From Candidatus Pacearchaeota archaeon (lineage in GTDB: Archaea > Nanobdellota > Nanobdellia > Pacearchaeales > GW2011-AR1): a stretch of DNA of 64,000 nt. Location: contig JBAZWF010000001.1 of NCBI GenBank assembly GCA_041660485.1, positions 474,224-538,223 on the forward strand, written 5' to 3'. The notes beneath the pieces were generated by a model that did no database searches, was not told the origin of the DNA, and saw only the letters and a program-made list of their open reading frames with translations. Numbering within the stretch: the first letter of the stretch is position 1; the number at the start of each line of letters is the position of its first letter. This document shows, piece by piece, positions 55,765-63,764 of the stretch. Made by a program: the position numbers and the translations under genes.

Positions 55765-55877
55765 AACTATATGACCCTAATTCTGTTTTTAATTTTTGCT
55801 CGTTAGCTAAGCTTATTATAAATAGTCGTTGGTTATTGTTAGCTTAGCAAATCTTTTAGAGCATTTTTCCAACCCAT

Positions 55878-55910
55878 ATATGAATGAAGTTAAACTTTTG
55901 GGAGGGTTTA
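55878..55910 (+). repeat. 33-bp direct repeat, copy 1
   Basis: atatgaatgaagttaaacttttgggagggttta; 32/33 identical to 56037..56069. Confidence 0.8.
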
Positions 55911-56036
55911 ACAAAATTTCCTGCAAGAGAACTTAATTTATTATTTTAGTTAGTTTGTATGTATGATTCATATATGAGTATCCCATAACAAAACATTATG
56001 AGTATCATACATAGAGATGTCTATTTTGGTTCCTTA

Positions 56037-56069
56037 ATATGAATGAAGTTAAACTTTTGGGAGTGTTTA
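56037..56069 (+). repeat. 33-bp direct repeat, copy 2
   Basis: atatgaatgaagttaaacttttgggagtgttta; 159 bp downstream of copy 1 and 140 bp upstream of the REase ATG. Confidence 0.8.
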
Positions 56070-56208
56070 GAGAAAATCTTTTGAGAAGAGGTATTTTCAA
56101 ATAAACTAATGTTTATTTGTTTTCTAATTCTCCTATTGTGAAGTATCAAAAAACGATGGGGGTAGTTTATTTACAAAGAGTTATAAATATATGATTTATT
56201 GAATTATT

Positions 56209-57264
56209 ATGGAATGTGAGTTTAAGCAAGAAGACTTCAAGCGACTAATCTATTGGATTACTCTAAAGTTTAAAGAAGATGAATTCCATCACCAAGCAGC
56301 ATCTACTAAGAGCGATTTAATTGGTGGTTTCTTCGATAGATGGTTTAATAGGGCTTCAGAATTTATAATCTTTCGAGAACTATTAAAGAACAAAGACTAT
56401 GATGTTGTGATTGATAACTTCTTATATGGCCAAGATACAAAGAAGAATGCTCCTGATGTCATTGGATTGAAAGATAGGAAAGAGAATACTCTAGTTCAAT
56501 TTACACTTTTTAATAATGGAGATTGGGAAGTAATTCCTTCAATGCCGTTTATTGAAGTAAAAACTAATAGAGAGAAACAAAAGTTAATATCTATTGGAGA
56601 TACACAAATGAATAAAGACCATTATTATGTTATTGTGGAGTCTCACATTAGGGAAGATTATCTTATAACCCTTTTTGAAGATTCTGTTTTTAGTCAAGAC
56701 ACATTTAATTCTTTAAAAGTTAGTAAAGACTTTATAAAATCTGATGCTAACAATCAAATAATCACACCTAAACCCTTGCAAATTAAAAAGAATCTAGGTT
56801 CATTTAGACTTATTGGGATTTTTAGCGGTGAGGAAATAAAGAAGTATTGTTTATTAGTTGGAGTTGATGGAGAGGGAAATACACAAAAACCATACTATTT
56901 TGATACTATTGAGAAGACAAAACCCAATTCTAATGATGGAGAGGAAATAAAAGAAGGTTGTTATTCCTATGGTGGTGAGTACATTCCTTTTTGTATAGAA
57001 TTCGTTGATAAGAAATCAAAGGTTAGTCTAGTAAAGAGATTGAAAGGTCATATGGTTATTAATGTTGAAGGAACTATTAAGATAAATGGAATTGAAGCAA
57101 GTGATGGGTTCTATAAAGTGATGTTTAAAAAATTTGATAGAAGCTCTAAAAAGAAGGAATATATTGGAGATAAATATCTATTTGATTGTATCGCCGTAGA
57201 TAAAACAAACGAACTTATCTCCAAATTTGACGATTTAGTAAAGAAAGCAAAGTCTAAAAGATAG
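56209..57264 (+). CDS. putative type II restriction endonuclease (PD-(D/E)XK candidate)
   Basis: Position next to vsr and convergent with a C5-MTase. 'APDVIGL...(about 30 aa)...FIEVKT' fits PD...ExK. No other family assignment is possible by eye. Confidence 0.5.
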   Translation: MECEFKQEDFKRLIYWITLKFKEDEFHHQAASTKSDLIGGFFDRWFNRASEFIIFRELLKNKDYDVVIDNFLYGQDTKKNAPDVIGLKDRKENTLVQFTLFNNGDWEVIPSMPFIEVKTNREKQKLISIGDTQMNKDHYYVIVESHIREDYLITLFEDSVFSQDTFNSLKVSKDFIKSDANNQIITPKPLQIKKNLGSFRLIGIFSGEEIKKYCLLVGVDGEGNTQKPYYFDTIEKTKPNSNDGEEIKEGCYSYGGEYIPFCIEFVDKKSKVSLVKRLKGHMVINVEGTIKINGIEASDGFYKVMFKKFDRSSKKKEYIGDKYLFDCIAVDKTNELISKFDDLVKKAKSKR

Positions 57265-57281
57265 TTTACTCTACTTCTATT

Positions 57282-57629
57282 ATGGTTGATAATCTAACTA
57301 GCAGTCAAAGAAGTTATTGTATGTCTAAGATTAGAAGTAAAAATACTTCGCCAGAATTAATCTTAAAGAAACAATTTAAATCATGGGTTTATCAACCAAA
57401 AGAATTTGGAAAGCCCGACTTTATTGATTATAAAAAGAAGTTGGTGGTATTTATTGATGGATGTTTTTGGCATAAGTGTCCTATTCATGGAAACAAGCCC
57501 AAGTCAAATAAAAAATATTGGCTTCCTAAATTAGAAAGAAATGTTATTAGAGATAGAGAAGTAGATTTAACATACAAATTCGCTGGATGGAAAACTAAAA
57601 GAATTTGGGAACACGAGTTAGGTAATTAG
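57282..57629 (+). CDS. vsr: very-short-patch repair endonuclease
   Basis: 'RSYCMSKIRSKNTSPE', 'GKPDFI', 'VFIDGCFWHKCP', 'YWLPKLERNVIRD', 'GWKTKRIWEHE' read as the Vsr signature. Confidence 0.9.
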   Translation: MVDNLTSSQRSYCMSKIRSKNTSPELILKKQFKSWVYQPKEFGKPDFIDYKKKLVVFIDGCFWHKCPIHGNKPKSNKKYWLPKLERNVIRDREVDLTYKFAGWKTKRIWEHELGN

Positions 57630-57634
57630 ATTGT

Positions 57635-58615
57635 TTAGCTTTCTGCGCATAATACCATCATCATATTATTAGCTATTCTTTCAATAACTGGAACAACTAC
57701 ACTATTTCCAGCTTGATGATATAATTTACTATCGGCTAATTGAGGAAGTTTAAACTCTTTTGGAAATCCCTGCAATGAAAAACATTCTTTAGGCGTGAGC
57801 TTCCTAATTCCTTTTCCATTTTTTATTATTGGAACATTGTGTCCTCCAAGCCCCATATTTGCTGTTAGTGTTGGACAAACTCCTTTCTTATTAGCTCTAA
57901 CATACTTTCTTCTCCATTGATAAACAGTCTCTTCGGAGTTAATGTCATTCTTTATTCTTTCATAAAGAGGTTTATCATTATAGTAGTATTTATCACCAGC
58001 TTCATTTGCTACATATTCTTTAAAACTTTTTGTTAATTTTATTTCATCTGGAAAATTAAAAGCTTCTGATTTAGATTTGTCTAAGAACCCCACAATAAAT
58101 ATTCTCTCTCTATTCTGCGGGACATTTCCATGAGTCATACTATTAAGAACTTCTGTTTTAACGTGGTATCCCAATTTTTCCAATGTTTCTTTTATAACCT
58201 TAAAGGTGTTTCCTTTGTCGTGTCCTTTTAGATTTTTTACATTCTCAAGAAGTATTGCTTTAGGTTTTTTAGCTTCTATAATTTCTGCAATTCTAAAGAA
58301 CAAATTGCCTCTTCCTTTTTCATCTTTAAATCCTTCCATATAACCTGCAACAGAAAAGGGCTGGCATGGGAATCCTCCAAGTAGAATATCAAAAATTGGA
58401 AGTGTGCTAAGGTCTAATTTATTTACATCTTCAGTGTTAAGCTTTGGTTCTGAAAAATTTAAGTCATAAGTCTCTTTACACGTTTTATCAAAATCATTTG
58501 AAAATACCGTAACGAAACCCGCTTTCTCAAATCCTAATCTTATACCGCCTACTCCTGCAAATAAGTCAATAGTTCTAAACTCTTTTTTCGCCATATTATT
58601 GTTATGTTTCACCAT
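57635..58615 (-). CDS. dcm: DNA (cytosine-5)-methyltransferase
   Basis: Motif I 'DLFAGVGG', IV 'GGFPCQPFS', VI 'LLENVKNL', VIII 'QNRERIFIVG', X 'AGNSVVVPV'. Confidence 0.95.
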   Translation of the reverse strand: MVKHNNNMAKKEFRTIDLFAGVGGIRLGFEKAGFVTVFSNDFDKTCKETYDLNFSEPKLNTEDVNKLDLSTLPIFDILLGGFPCQPFSVAGYMEGFKDEKGRGNLFFRIAEIIEAKKPKAILLENVKNLKGHDKGNTFKVIKETLEKLGYHVKTEVLNSMTHGNVPQNRERIFIVGFLDKSKSEAFNFPDEIKLTKSFKEYVANEAGDKYYYNDKPLYERIKNDINSEETVYQWRRKYVRANKKGVCPTLTANMGLGGHNVPIIKNGKGIRKLTPKECFSLQGFPKEFKLPQLADSKLYHQAGNSVVVPVIERIANNMMMVLCAES

Positions 58616-58618
58616 TTT

Positions 58619-59146
58619 TTAATCTTTATTATAACGTAAATAATAGCCTCCTTTGTTCCTATATTTTTTATCTTTAGACCCAATAGGTCTACCTAATTTC
58701 TTACCTTCTTTCTTTCTTCTCTCTAATCCTAATTTGATTCGTTCTTTTAAAACTTCCCTTTCCATTTCTCCAAAACTGGCGAGTATAGTGAAGAAGAATT
58801 TACCCATAGGAGAGAAAGTATCTATATTCTGACTCGTAGCTATTAAACGAACCTCCTTATTTTTTAACTCTTCTAAGACTTGTAAAAGGTGTTGTGTGCT
58901 TCGCCCGAGTCTATCAAATTTCCAAACAATAATAGTGTCAAAACATTTATTTCTCATATCTTGCAACATAATATCTAATTGTGGCCTAGATGTCTTCACG
59001 CCAGAAACACCCTCATCTTTGTATACTTTAAAGATTTCATAACTTTCTCTTTCACAATAAGCTTTAAGTTCTAGTTCTTGATTTAAAGTAGTTTGGTCGT
59101 TAGTTGAAACTCTTGTATATATTGCACATATTTTTTTATTTTCCAT
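58619..59146 (-). CDS. small serine recombinase (resolvase/invertase catalytic domain)
   Basis: 'CAIYTRVSTNDQ', 'WKFDRLGRS', 'GEMEREVLKERIK'. Starts 3 nt after... that is, lies directly downstream of the MTase gene on the same strand. Confidence 0.85.
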   Translation of the reverse strand: MENKKICAIYTRVSTNDQTTLNQELELKAYCERESYEIFKVYKDEGVSGVKTSRPQLDIMLQDMRNKCFDTIIVWKFDRLGRSTQHLLQVLEELKNKEVRLIATSQNIDTFSPMGKFFFTILASFGEMEREVLKERIKLGLERRKKEGKKLGRPIGSKDKKYRNKGGYYLRYNKD

Positions 59147-59299
59147 TTACGAATCTCCTTCAATCAGTTTTAAATTAACAATAATTAATATTAATAACAA
59201 TGCTACAAACCACCAATACTCTTTAATTCTAAATGAGTTTATAGTTACAACTACCAAAACAATATCAACAACCAATATCAACTCTTTATTGTATTCCAT
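59147..59299 (-). CDS. small TM miniprotein
   Basis: ORF track 59147..59332. The internal ATG at 59299 ('MEYNKE') reduces the overlap with the upstream ORF. Two hydrophobic helices. Confidence 0.35.
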   Translation of the reverse strand: MEYNKELILVVDIVLVVVTINSFRIKEYWWFVALLLILIIVNLKLIEGDS

Positions 59300-59492
59300 T
59301 TTGTGATTTTGTATCTCCTTTATTTTTTTCAAGAAGCTTGAAAATTATTATTAATAAAATAATGATTAGTATAAGTGAAATCATTCCCCAAACTGCTAAA
59401 ACCAAAACAACATCACCTAAGTAAGTTTTTTGTAAACACTCAATTCCACTTATAGTATTGTTAATTGTTTGATTCATTTTTACCCCCATCAT
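59286..59492 (-). CDS. small TM miniprotein
   Basis: 68-aa ORF with one long hydrophobic helix. Confidence 0.35.
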   Translation of the reverse strand: MMGVKMNQTINNTISGIECLQKTYLGDVVLVLAVWGMISLILIIILLIIIFKLLEKNKGDTKSQNGIQ

Positions 59493-59498
59493 TATTTA

Positions 59499-59577
59499 CT
59501 TTGGAAGCACTTAGATATTCAGCAAGAGCGGTCCATCTCCCAACATGGCATATTATTTTATCCTCATGCTTCCAAAG
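59499..59577. repeat. 11-bp perfect inverted repeat ctttggaagca / tgcttccaaag with 57-nt relatively GC-richer spacer
   Basis: Read directly. It occupies the whole intergenic gap between 59492 and 59579. Confidence 0.7.
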
Positions 59578-59578
59578 A

Positions 59579-59782
59579 TTATTCTTTTTCATTTTCATCT
59601 CCTTTAGTTGATTGAATCATTCCAATAAAGTCACATTCTACATCTGCCATGTCCCCATATTTATCAATAATCTCAAAAGATGTTCCATTAAATTTTGGAA
59701 TTGTTGCAGTGTAATTGTAATTATTTTTTAAAACAATTTTACATCTTTTACCAATATATTTTTTTACAGACTCAACATCCAT
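59579..59782 (-). CDS. small hypothetical protein
   Basis: 67-aa ORF; 11-nt overlap with the upstream ORF. Confidence 0.4.
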   Translation of the reverse strand: MDVESVKKYIGKRCKIVLKNNYNYTATIPKFNGTSFEIIDKYGDMADVECDFIGMIQSTKGDENEKE

Positions 59783-60059
59783 TTTCTAATTCCTCCCTTT
59801 GTTTAATAGAGTAATTTTCTAATTTAGTTTGAGGATTTAGCCAAGTGAATTTATAACCATTAAAGTGACCATCAAAATCTATAAGACCCTCTACCTCGAC
59901 CTTATCTCCAATTTTGAATCTATTAGGTATGAACCTACAATAAATTCTAACTCCACTATCCAATATGAACTCACAACTATCTTGGTAAATTGATTTGTTT
60001 TTGGAAACAATTTCTTTAATTCTTCCAACTACAACATCTAACTCTCTTTCTTCAATCAT
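59772..60059 (-). CDS. small hypothetical protein
   Basis: 95-aa ORF within the operon. Confidence 0.4.
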   Translation of the reverse strand: MIEERELDVVVGRIKEIVSKNKSIYQDSCEFILDSGVRIYCRFIPNRFKIGDKVEVEGLIDFDGHFNGYKFTWLNPQTKLENYSIKQREELENGC

Positions 60060-60286
60060 CTTAATATGACCTCCTTAGTTTTATACAGATTATACTTAGT
60101 GTCAAAATCAATCATATTTGATGAAAATCCACCTAAACTTATACGTATAATTAGTAATGAAGAAAAATCATTTATACACCTTATACTCTTTATACACCTA
60201 TCTTTACGTATCTTATCTATAAAGAAGCCTAAGTAAGAAGAAGTGTATAATTGGTATAATCTGTAATACCTATTAATTTTCATCAT
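60056..60286 (-). CDS. small hypothetical protein (doubtful)
   Basis: 76-aa ORF bridging the primase stop and the next gene. Odd composition. Confidence 0.25.
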   Translation of the reverse strand: MMKINRYYRLYQLYTSSYLGFFIDKIRKDRCIKSIRCINDFSSLLIIRISLGGFSSNMIDFDTKYNLYKTKEVILR

Positions 60287-62444
60287 TTTTTACACCCTCC
60301 TTTAATTTTATACCAATTCTAAATCTTTGAGAGGAAGTCCCAATAGGAATTACTTTTGATTCATAACCCATATTTGTGAGTATTCTCCCCACCATATTAT
60401 CGCTCATTTCTTTGTGACCATTCGTTTCTAAGAATAATTTATACTCTTCATAAAAGTCTCCAAATTGTACTCTAAACTCCTTCCCAATGTCACATTTAGC
60501 CCTAATAAAATGACTAATGGGGTTACTTCGTTCTTTGTATCTTTCTTCTCTTTGTTCAATACTTCCATCATTAACAAATTCACCTCTTTGTAAAAGTTCT
60601 CTTAAGATTTTTGGTATTTGTTTACAAAAATTACTAAATTCTTGCTCAGGTACATCCTTTATGATGTCTTTCTTTTCATTAAATTGGTTGGGAAAATCAA
60701 CTATAGTCCATCTTCTATAGAATCCTTTAGAATTATCAGTAGACTCTGGCAGTGCGTTTGTAGCAATGATTGGTGTAGCATATAAGTGGGCATTCCAAGA
60801 ATCTTTGCCTTTAAATTCAATAGGGAGTAAATCATCGCCAGACAATGCTTTTAACAAAGCTGTCCTGCTAAAAATACTCTTATCTATTTCTCCAATAATA
60901 GCTACTAATTTTTTATAAAGTTTAGAGGTTTCAAATTGTCCTTTAGTTAATCTTTCAATAGTGGTAGATGTTGCGTTTTCTTCACCAACAAATTTTTCTA
61001 TTAATCTTAAATATGAACCTTTGCCATTTAGACCACTTCCAATTAAACAAAATATTCTATGTATTGGAATATAGGTTAGAGTACAATAGGCCATAATTTC
61101 CTTTAATGTTGTTACATACTCTTTTCCAACCCATTCTTCAAATATTCTATCTAAATTTGGTGTTTCTTCACTCTCTCCTATTTGCCAAGGAAGAGGATTA
61201 GTTATAAAATATTCTGGAGTTGCTGGAAAATAATTCCCATTTTCTATATCAACAATAGTGTCGTAAAATTGAACCCAAACTTTTTTTGGTTCCTTTGGAG
61301 TATTTAACCTTCCTACTCTCTTTAATGCCTCAAGGATTTTCCCCTTAATTTTTGAATCAATAGTTCCACTCCATTTTAAGCCCCTATCAATTTCATTCAT
61401 TACATCGACGTCATCAACAATCTCCCATTTAAAATTAGCATGATTCCAAAACCACCAAAGGTGATGCTTGTCATAAAAGTAGGGTTGGTCCATTAAGAAT
61501 ATTTTAGCCATAAGTTGATAGTCAACTTGTATTATCCCTTGCGGGCTTGATTTGAAAATAGAGGAGTATCTACCATCATCACTTAAACCAGCTTTCTCAA
61601 TTAATTTGTGTATTGCTTCTTTTCTTGAGATACTTTCTAATTCAGCTACAAAATCAATAATGTTTCCACTCTTACCACATGAACTTGCAAAACATTTAAA
61701 CCAACCTAAAGCATCGTTCAAACTTAAACTTGGGTGTTTGTCATTATGAAAAGGACAATGATAATTATTTGTTTCTTTTCCTTTTATAACTCCATATTCA
61801 TTTGCTAAATCAGTTATCTTTATTTTTTCTTTAATCTTATCAGTTATGCTTGTGGTCCTTTTAGAATCAATTTTTTTCTCAATTACTTCCTCTTTCCCAT
61901 ATTTTTCATCTTCTACATCTATAATAAGCCCACCTTTATTTTTAATTAAATCCTTTATGGTTCCATATTTATAATGTGGTGAATAAGGAACTGCTATTAA
62001 ATGAGAACCACATAAACTAGTATCAACAAATTCCCAACTATCTTTAGGGAAGTAATACTTTAATATTGATTCCTTCTTATTTTTGTTAGCTTCTTTATTT
62101 AGAAATAAATGTATGTGGGGACATTTTCCTTTATGGTCAAATAAGTCATAACCTACATTCTCGCTTTCCAATTTAGCAATCGTTTCATCAATCCATTTAT
62201 ATCTCTCTTCTTTAGTACATACTTTTCCCCTATTCTCTTTAATTTTGCTTTCCTCGTCAATTTCTCCAACCAATTCATTTTCATTAATCTCAATTAGATT
62301 AATTTGAGGGTCATATTTTTCATCTCTATAATCCTTCTTCCATTTAGATTTGTCAATATTCTCTTTCTTATCACAAACCTTATACCTCTTGCCTTCATGT
62401 GATTTAAGCCATTCTCTATGTTTATTTTGTATTTGTTCTTCCAT
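60273..62444 (-). CDS. replicative primase-helicase: AEP/prim-pol-like N-terminus + CHC2 zinc finger + D5/P4-type SF3 helicase
   Basis: 'CPFHNDKHPSLSLN....FKCFASSCGKSGNIIDF' (zf-CHC2). 'IGSGLNGKGS' (Walker A), 'VAIIGEID' (Walker B) and 'FYRRWTIVDF' (P4-primase C-terminal pattern). N-terminal 'GEIDEE', 'CPHIHLF' and 'FVDTS' are candidate AEP motifs. Confidence 0.85.
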   Translation of the reverse strand: MEEQIQNKHREWLKSHEGKRYKVCDKKENIDKSKWKKDYRDEKYDPQINLIEINENELVGEIDEESKIKENRGKVCTKEERYKWIDETIAKLESENVGYDLFDHKGKCPHIHLFLNKEANKNKKESILKYYFPKDSWEFVDTSLCGSHLIAVPYSPHYKYGTIKDLIKNKGGLIIDVEDEKYGKEEVIEKKIDSKRTTSITDKIKEKIKITDLANEYGVIKGKETNNYHCPFHNDKHPSLSLNDALGWFKCFASSCGKSGNIIDFVAELESISRKEAIHKLIEKAGLSDDGRYSSIFKSSPQGIIQVDYQLMAKIFLMDQPYFYDKHHLWWFWNHANFKWEIVDDVDVMNEIDRGLKWSGTIDSKIKGKILEALKRVGRLNTPKEPKKVWVQFYDTIVDIENGNYFPATPEYFITNPLPWQIGESEETPNLDRIFEEWVGKEYVTTLKEIMAYCTLTYIPIHRIFCLIGSGLNGKGSYLRLIEKFVGEENATSTTIERLTKGQFETSKLYKKLVAIIGEIDKSIFSRTALLKALSGDDLLPIEFKGKDSWNAHLYATPIIATNALPESTDNSKGFYRRWTIVDFPNQFNEKKDIIKDVPEQEFSNFCKQIPKILRELLQRGEFVNDGSIEQREERYKERSNPISHFIRAKCDIGKEFRVQFGDFYEEYKLFLETNGHKEMSDNMVGRILTNMGYESKVIPIGTSSQRFRIGIKLKEGVKNDEN

Positions 62445-62501
62445 TTTGTTATTGTTCTAACTCGATTTATCTTCATGACAAATTTTAAAAAAAAATTGTT
62501 T

Positions 62502-62804
62502 CTACCTTTTTTCAATGAGCAGTACTTTTCCTTTTTCTTTGGTTTCTTCCAAGTTAAAAACTTTAATCAATTTTCTTTTGAACTTGCCACCGCCATACCA
62601 AGTAGCTCCAAAAAGTTGTTTTTTCATTTCACCAAAGTTAAAAGCAGCACCATCTACTTCGTCCAAAAATTCTTTTATCTTCTTTTCAATTTCTGGCCTA
62701 AAATAAGGTACTCTTATTTTTTTCTCTTTGTTTGTCATTTTGTTAAGTAATGGTTGAATAACTTCCTCAGTTGAGCCTATCTCTTTAGAGTCTTTAGTAT
62801 TCAT
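62502..62804 (-). CDS. hypothetical protein
   Basis: 100-aa ORF; ATGA coupling to the upstream miniprotein. Confidence 0.45.
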   Translation of the reverse strand: MNTKDSKEIGSTEEVIQPLLNKMTNKEKKIRVPYFRPEIEKKIKEFLDEVDGAAFNFGEMKKQLFGATWYGGGKFKRKLIKVFNLEETKEKGKVLLIEKR

Positions 62805-62980
62805 TTTTGTACTTGAATATCTTTCTCCAAGAGATAGCGACGAATTGCCCTAATTCCAGGACCATTAACAATGTTCTTTATTTCGCTCAAATTCTTACCT
62901 TGTTTTCCTAATTCACAACATTGTTGTTTAATTTCATCGCAATAGGTTCTTCCTTTTCGTTTTGAAAGTTGCTCTTCCAT
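62801..62980 (-). CDS. 59-aa HTH-like miniprotein (below ORF-track cutoff)
   Basis: My own translation: MEEQLSKRKGRTYCDEIKQQCCELGKQGKNLSEIKNIVNGPGIRAIRRYLLEKDIQVQK*. Confidence 0.4.
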   Translation of the reverse strand: MEEQLSKRKGRTYCDEIKQQCCELGKQGKNLSEIKNIVNGPGIRAIRRYLLEKDIQVQK

Positions 62981-62992
62981 TTTTATGTAGGT

Positions 62993-63349
62993 TTATTTTA
63001 CCTCCCCCTCATTTAGTTTATTTTGACTTTCGTCAATATGATATTTGTCTGCTGTTACAAAATCAGGTGATTTTATATCTCCAAAAATTACCGAAGAATC
63101 AACACCCAAGGATGTTGCAATTTTTACCTTTAATTCTAAAGTGCAATCCCAAATACCCCAAGAAATACAATACCAATATTGTTTAGTCAAACCCAAACTA
63201 TTGTAGAAATCAGCTTCACTCATTCCTTTAGACTTTATTAGTGTCCTAATTCTATCCTTAAGTGTGGGATTTTTAGTCTTATAGATACGTTTGTATACCT
63301 TTCTATTTAAAAAAAATGTCTTACCTTGTGAATTATCTTGTTCCGCCAT
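62993..63349 (-). CDS. XRE/Cro-type HTH regulator
   Basis: 'IRTLIKSKGMSEADFYNSLGLTKQYWYCISWG....LELKVKIATSLGVDSSVIFG' fits the HTH_3 pattern. Confidence 0.55.
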   Translation of the reverse strand: MAEQDNSQGKTFFLNRKVYKRIYKTKNPTLKDRIRTLIKSKGMSEADFYNSLGLTKQYWYCISWGIWDCTLELKVKIATSLGVDSSVIFGDIKSPDFVTADKYHIDESQNKLNEGEVK

Positions 63350-63444
63350 TTTCCACCTCGTTTTGATACCTAATTATAATCTGGTCACATATCGCAATTT
63401 GCTCTTCAATTATCCCAATCATCTTTTGATAGTTCTCCTCTTTT

Positions 63445-63624
63445 TCATTTCCCATCTCTCTGTCCCCCATTTCTTTTAGTCAATCTTTCAATTTTTTCCA
63501 TAATCGCATTTCTCATAAATTCTGCCATAGAAAGCATTTCTTCAATTGAAGCTCTTTCTAGTTCTTTTTTTTGCTCTTCCGATAACGAAACAATCACCTT
63601 TTTTGTGTATATTTTTGGTTTCAT
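63445..63624 (-). CDS. 59-aa ribbon-helix-helix (CopG/Arc-like) protein (below ORF-track cutoff)
   Basis: My own translation: MKPKIYTKKVIVSLSEEQKKELERASIEEMLSMAEFMRNAIMEKIERLTKRNGGQRDGK*. Reads as a beta-strand 'VIVSL' followed by two helices. Confidence 0.5.
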   Translation of the reverse strand: MKPKIYTKKVIVSLSEEQKKELERASIEEMLSMAEFMRNAIMEKIERLTKRNGGQRDGK

Positions 63625-63764
63625 CTTTTTTTAACCTCTTAAGGTCTATACCTTAAAGATATATACATTAAATGTATGTACTATATAAATGTTTCTATAT
63701 GTAGGTATATAGAGTACATACCTTTAAGCGACATATTTATAAAGATAGATACCCTCAATAGACC

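Noticed and set aside
55624-55806. 60-aa plus-strand ORF from the track
   Set aside because: The opposite strand encodes a 50-aa CxxC..CxxC zinc-ribbon protein co-oriented with the neighbouring operon. The plus-strand product has no features.
62294-62750. ORFs 62294..62515 (-), 62418..62750 (+), 62515..62706 (+), 62962..63186 (+), 63291..63479 (+), 60517..60720 (+), 61552..61749 (+)
   Set aside because: They overlap better-supported minus-strand operon genes (primase-helicase, 100-aa ORF, XRE regulator), and their translations are low-complexity.
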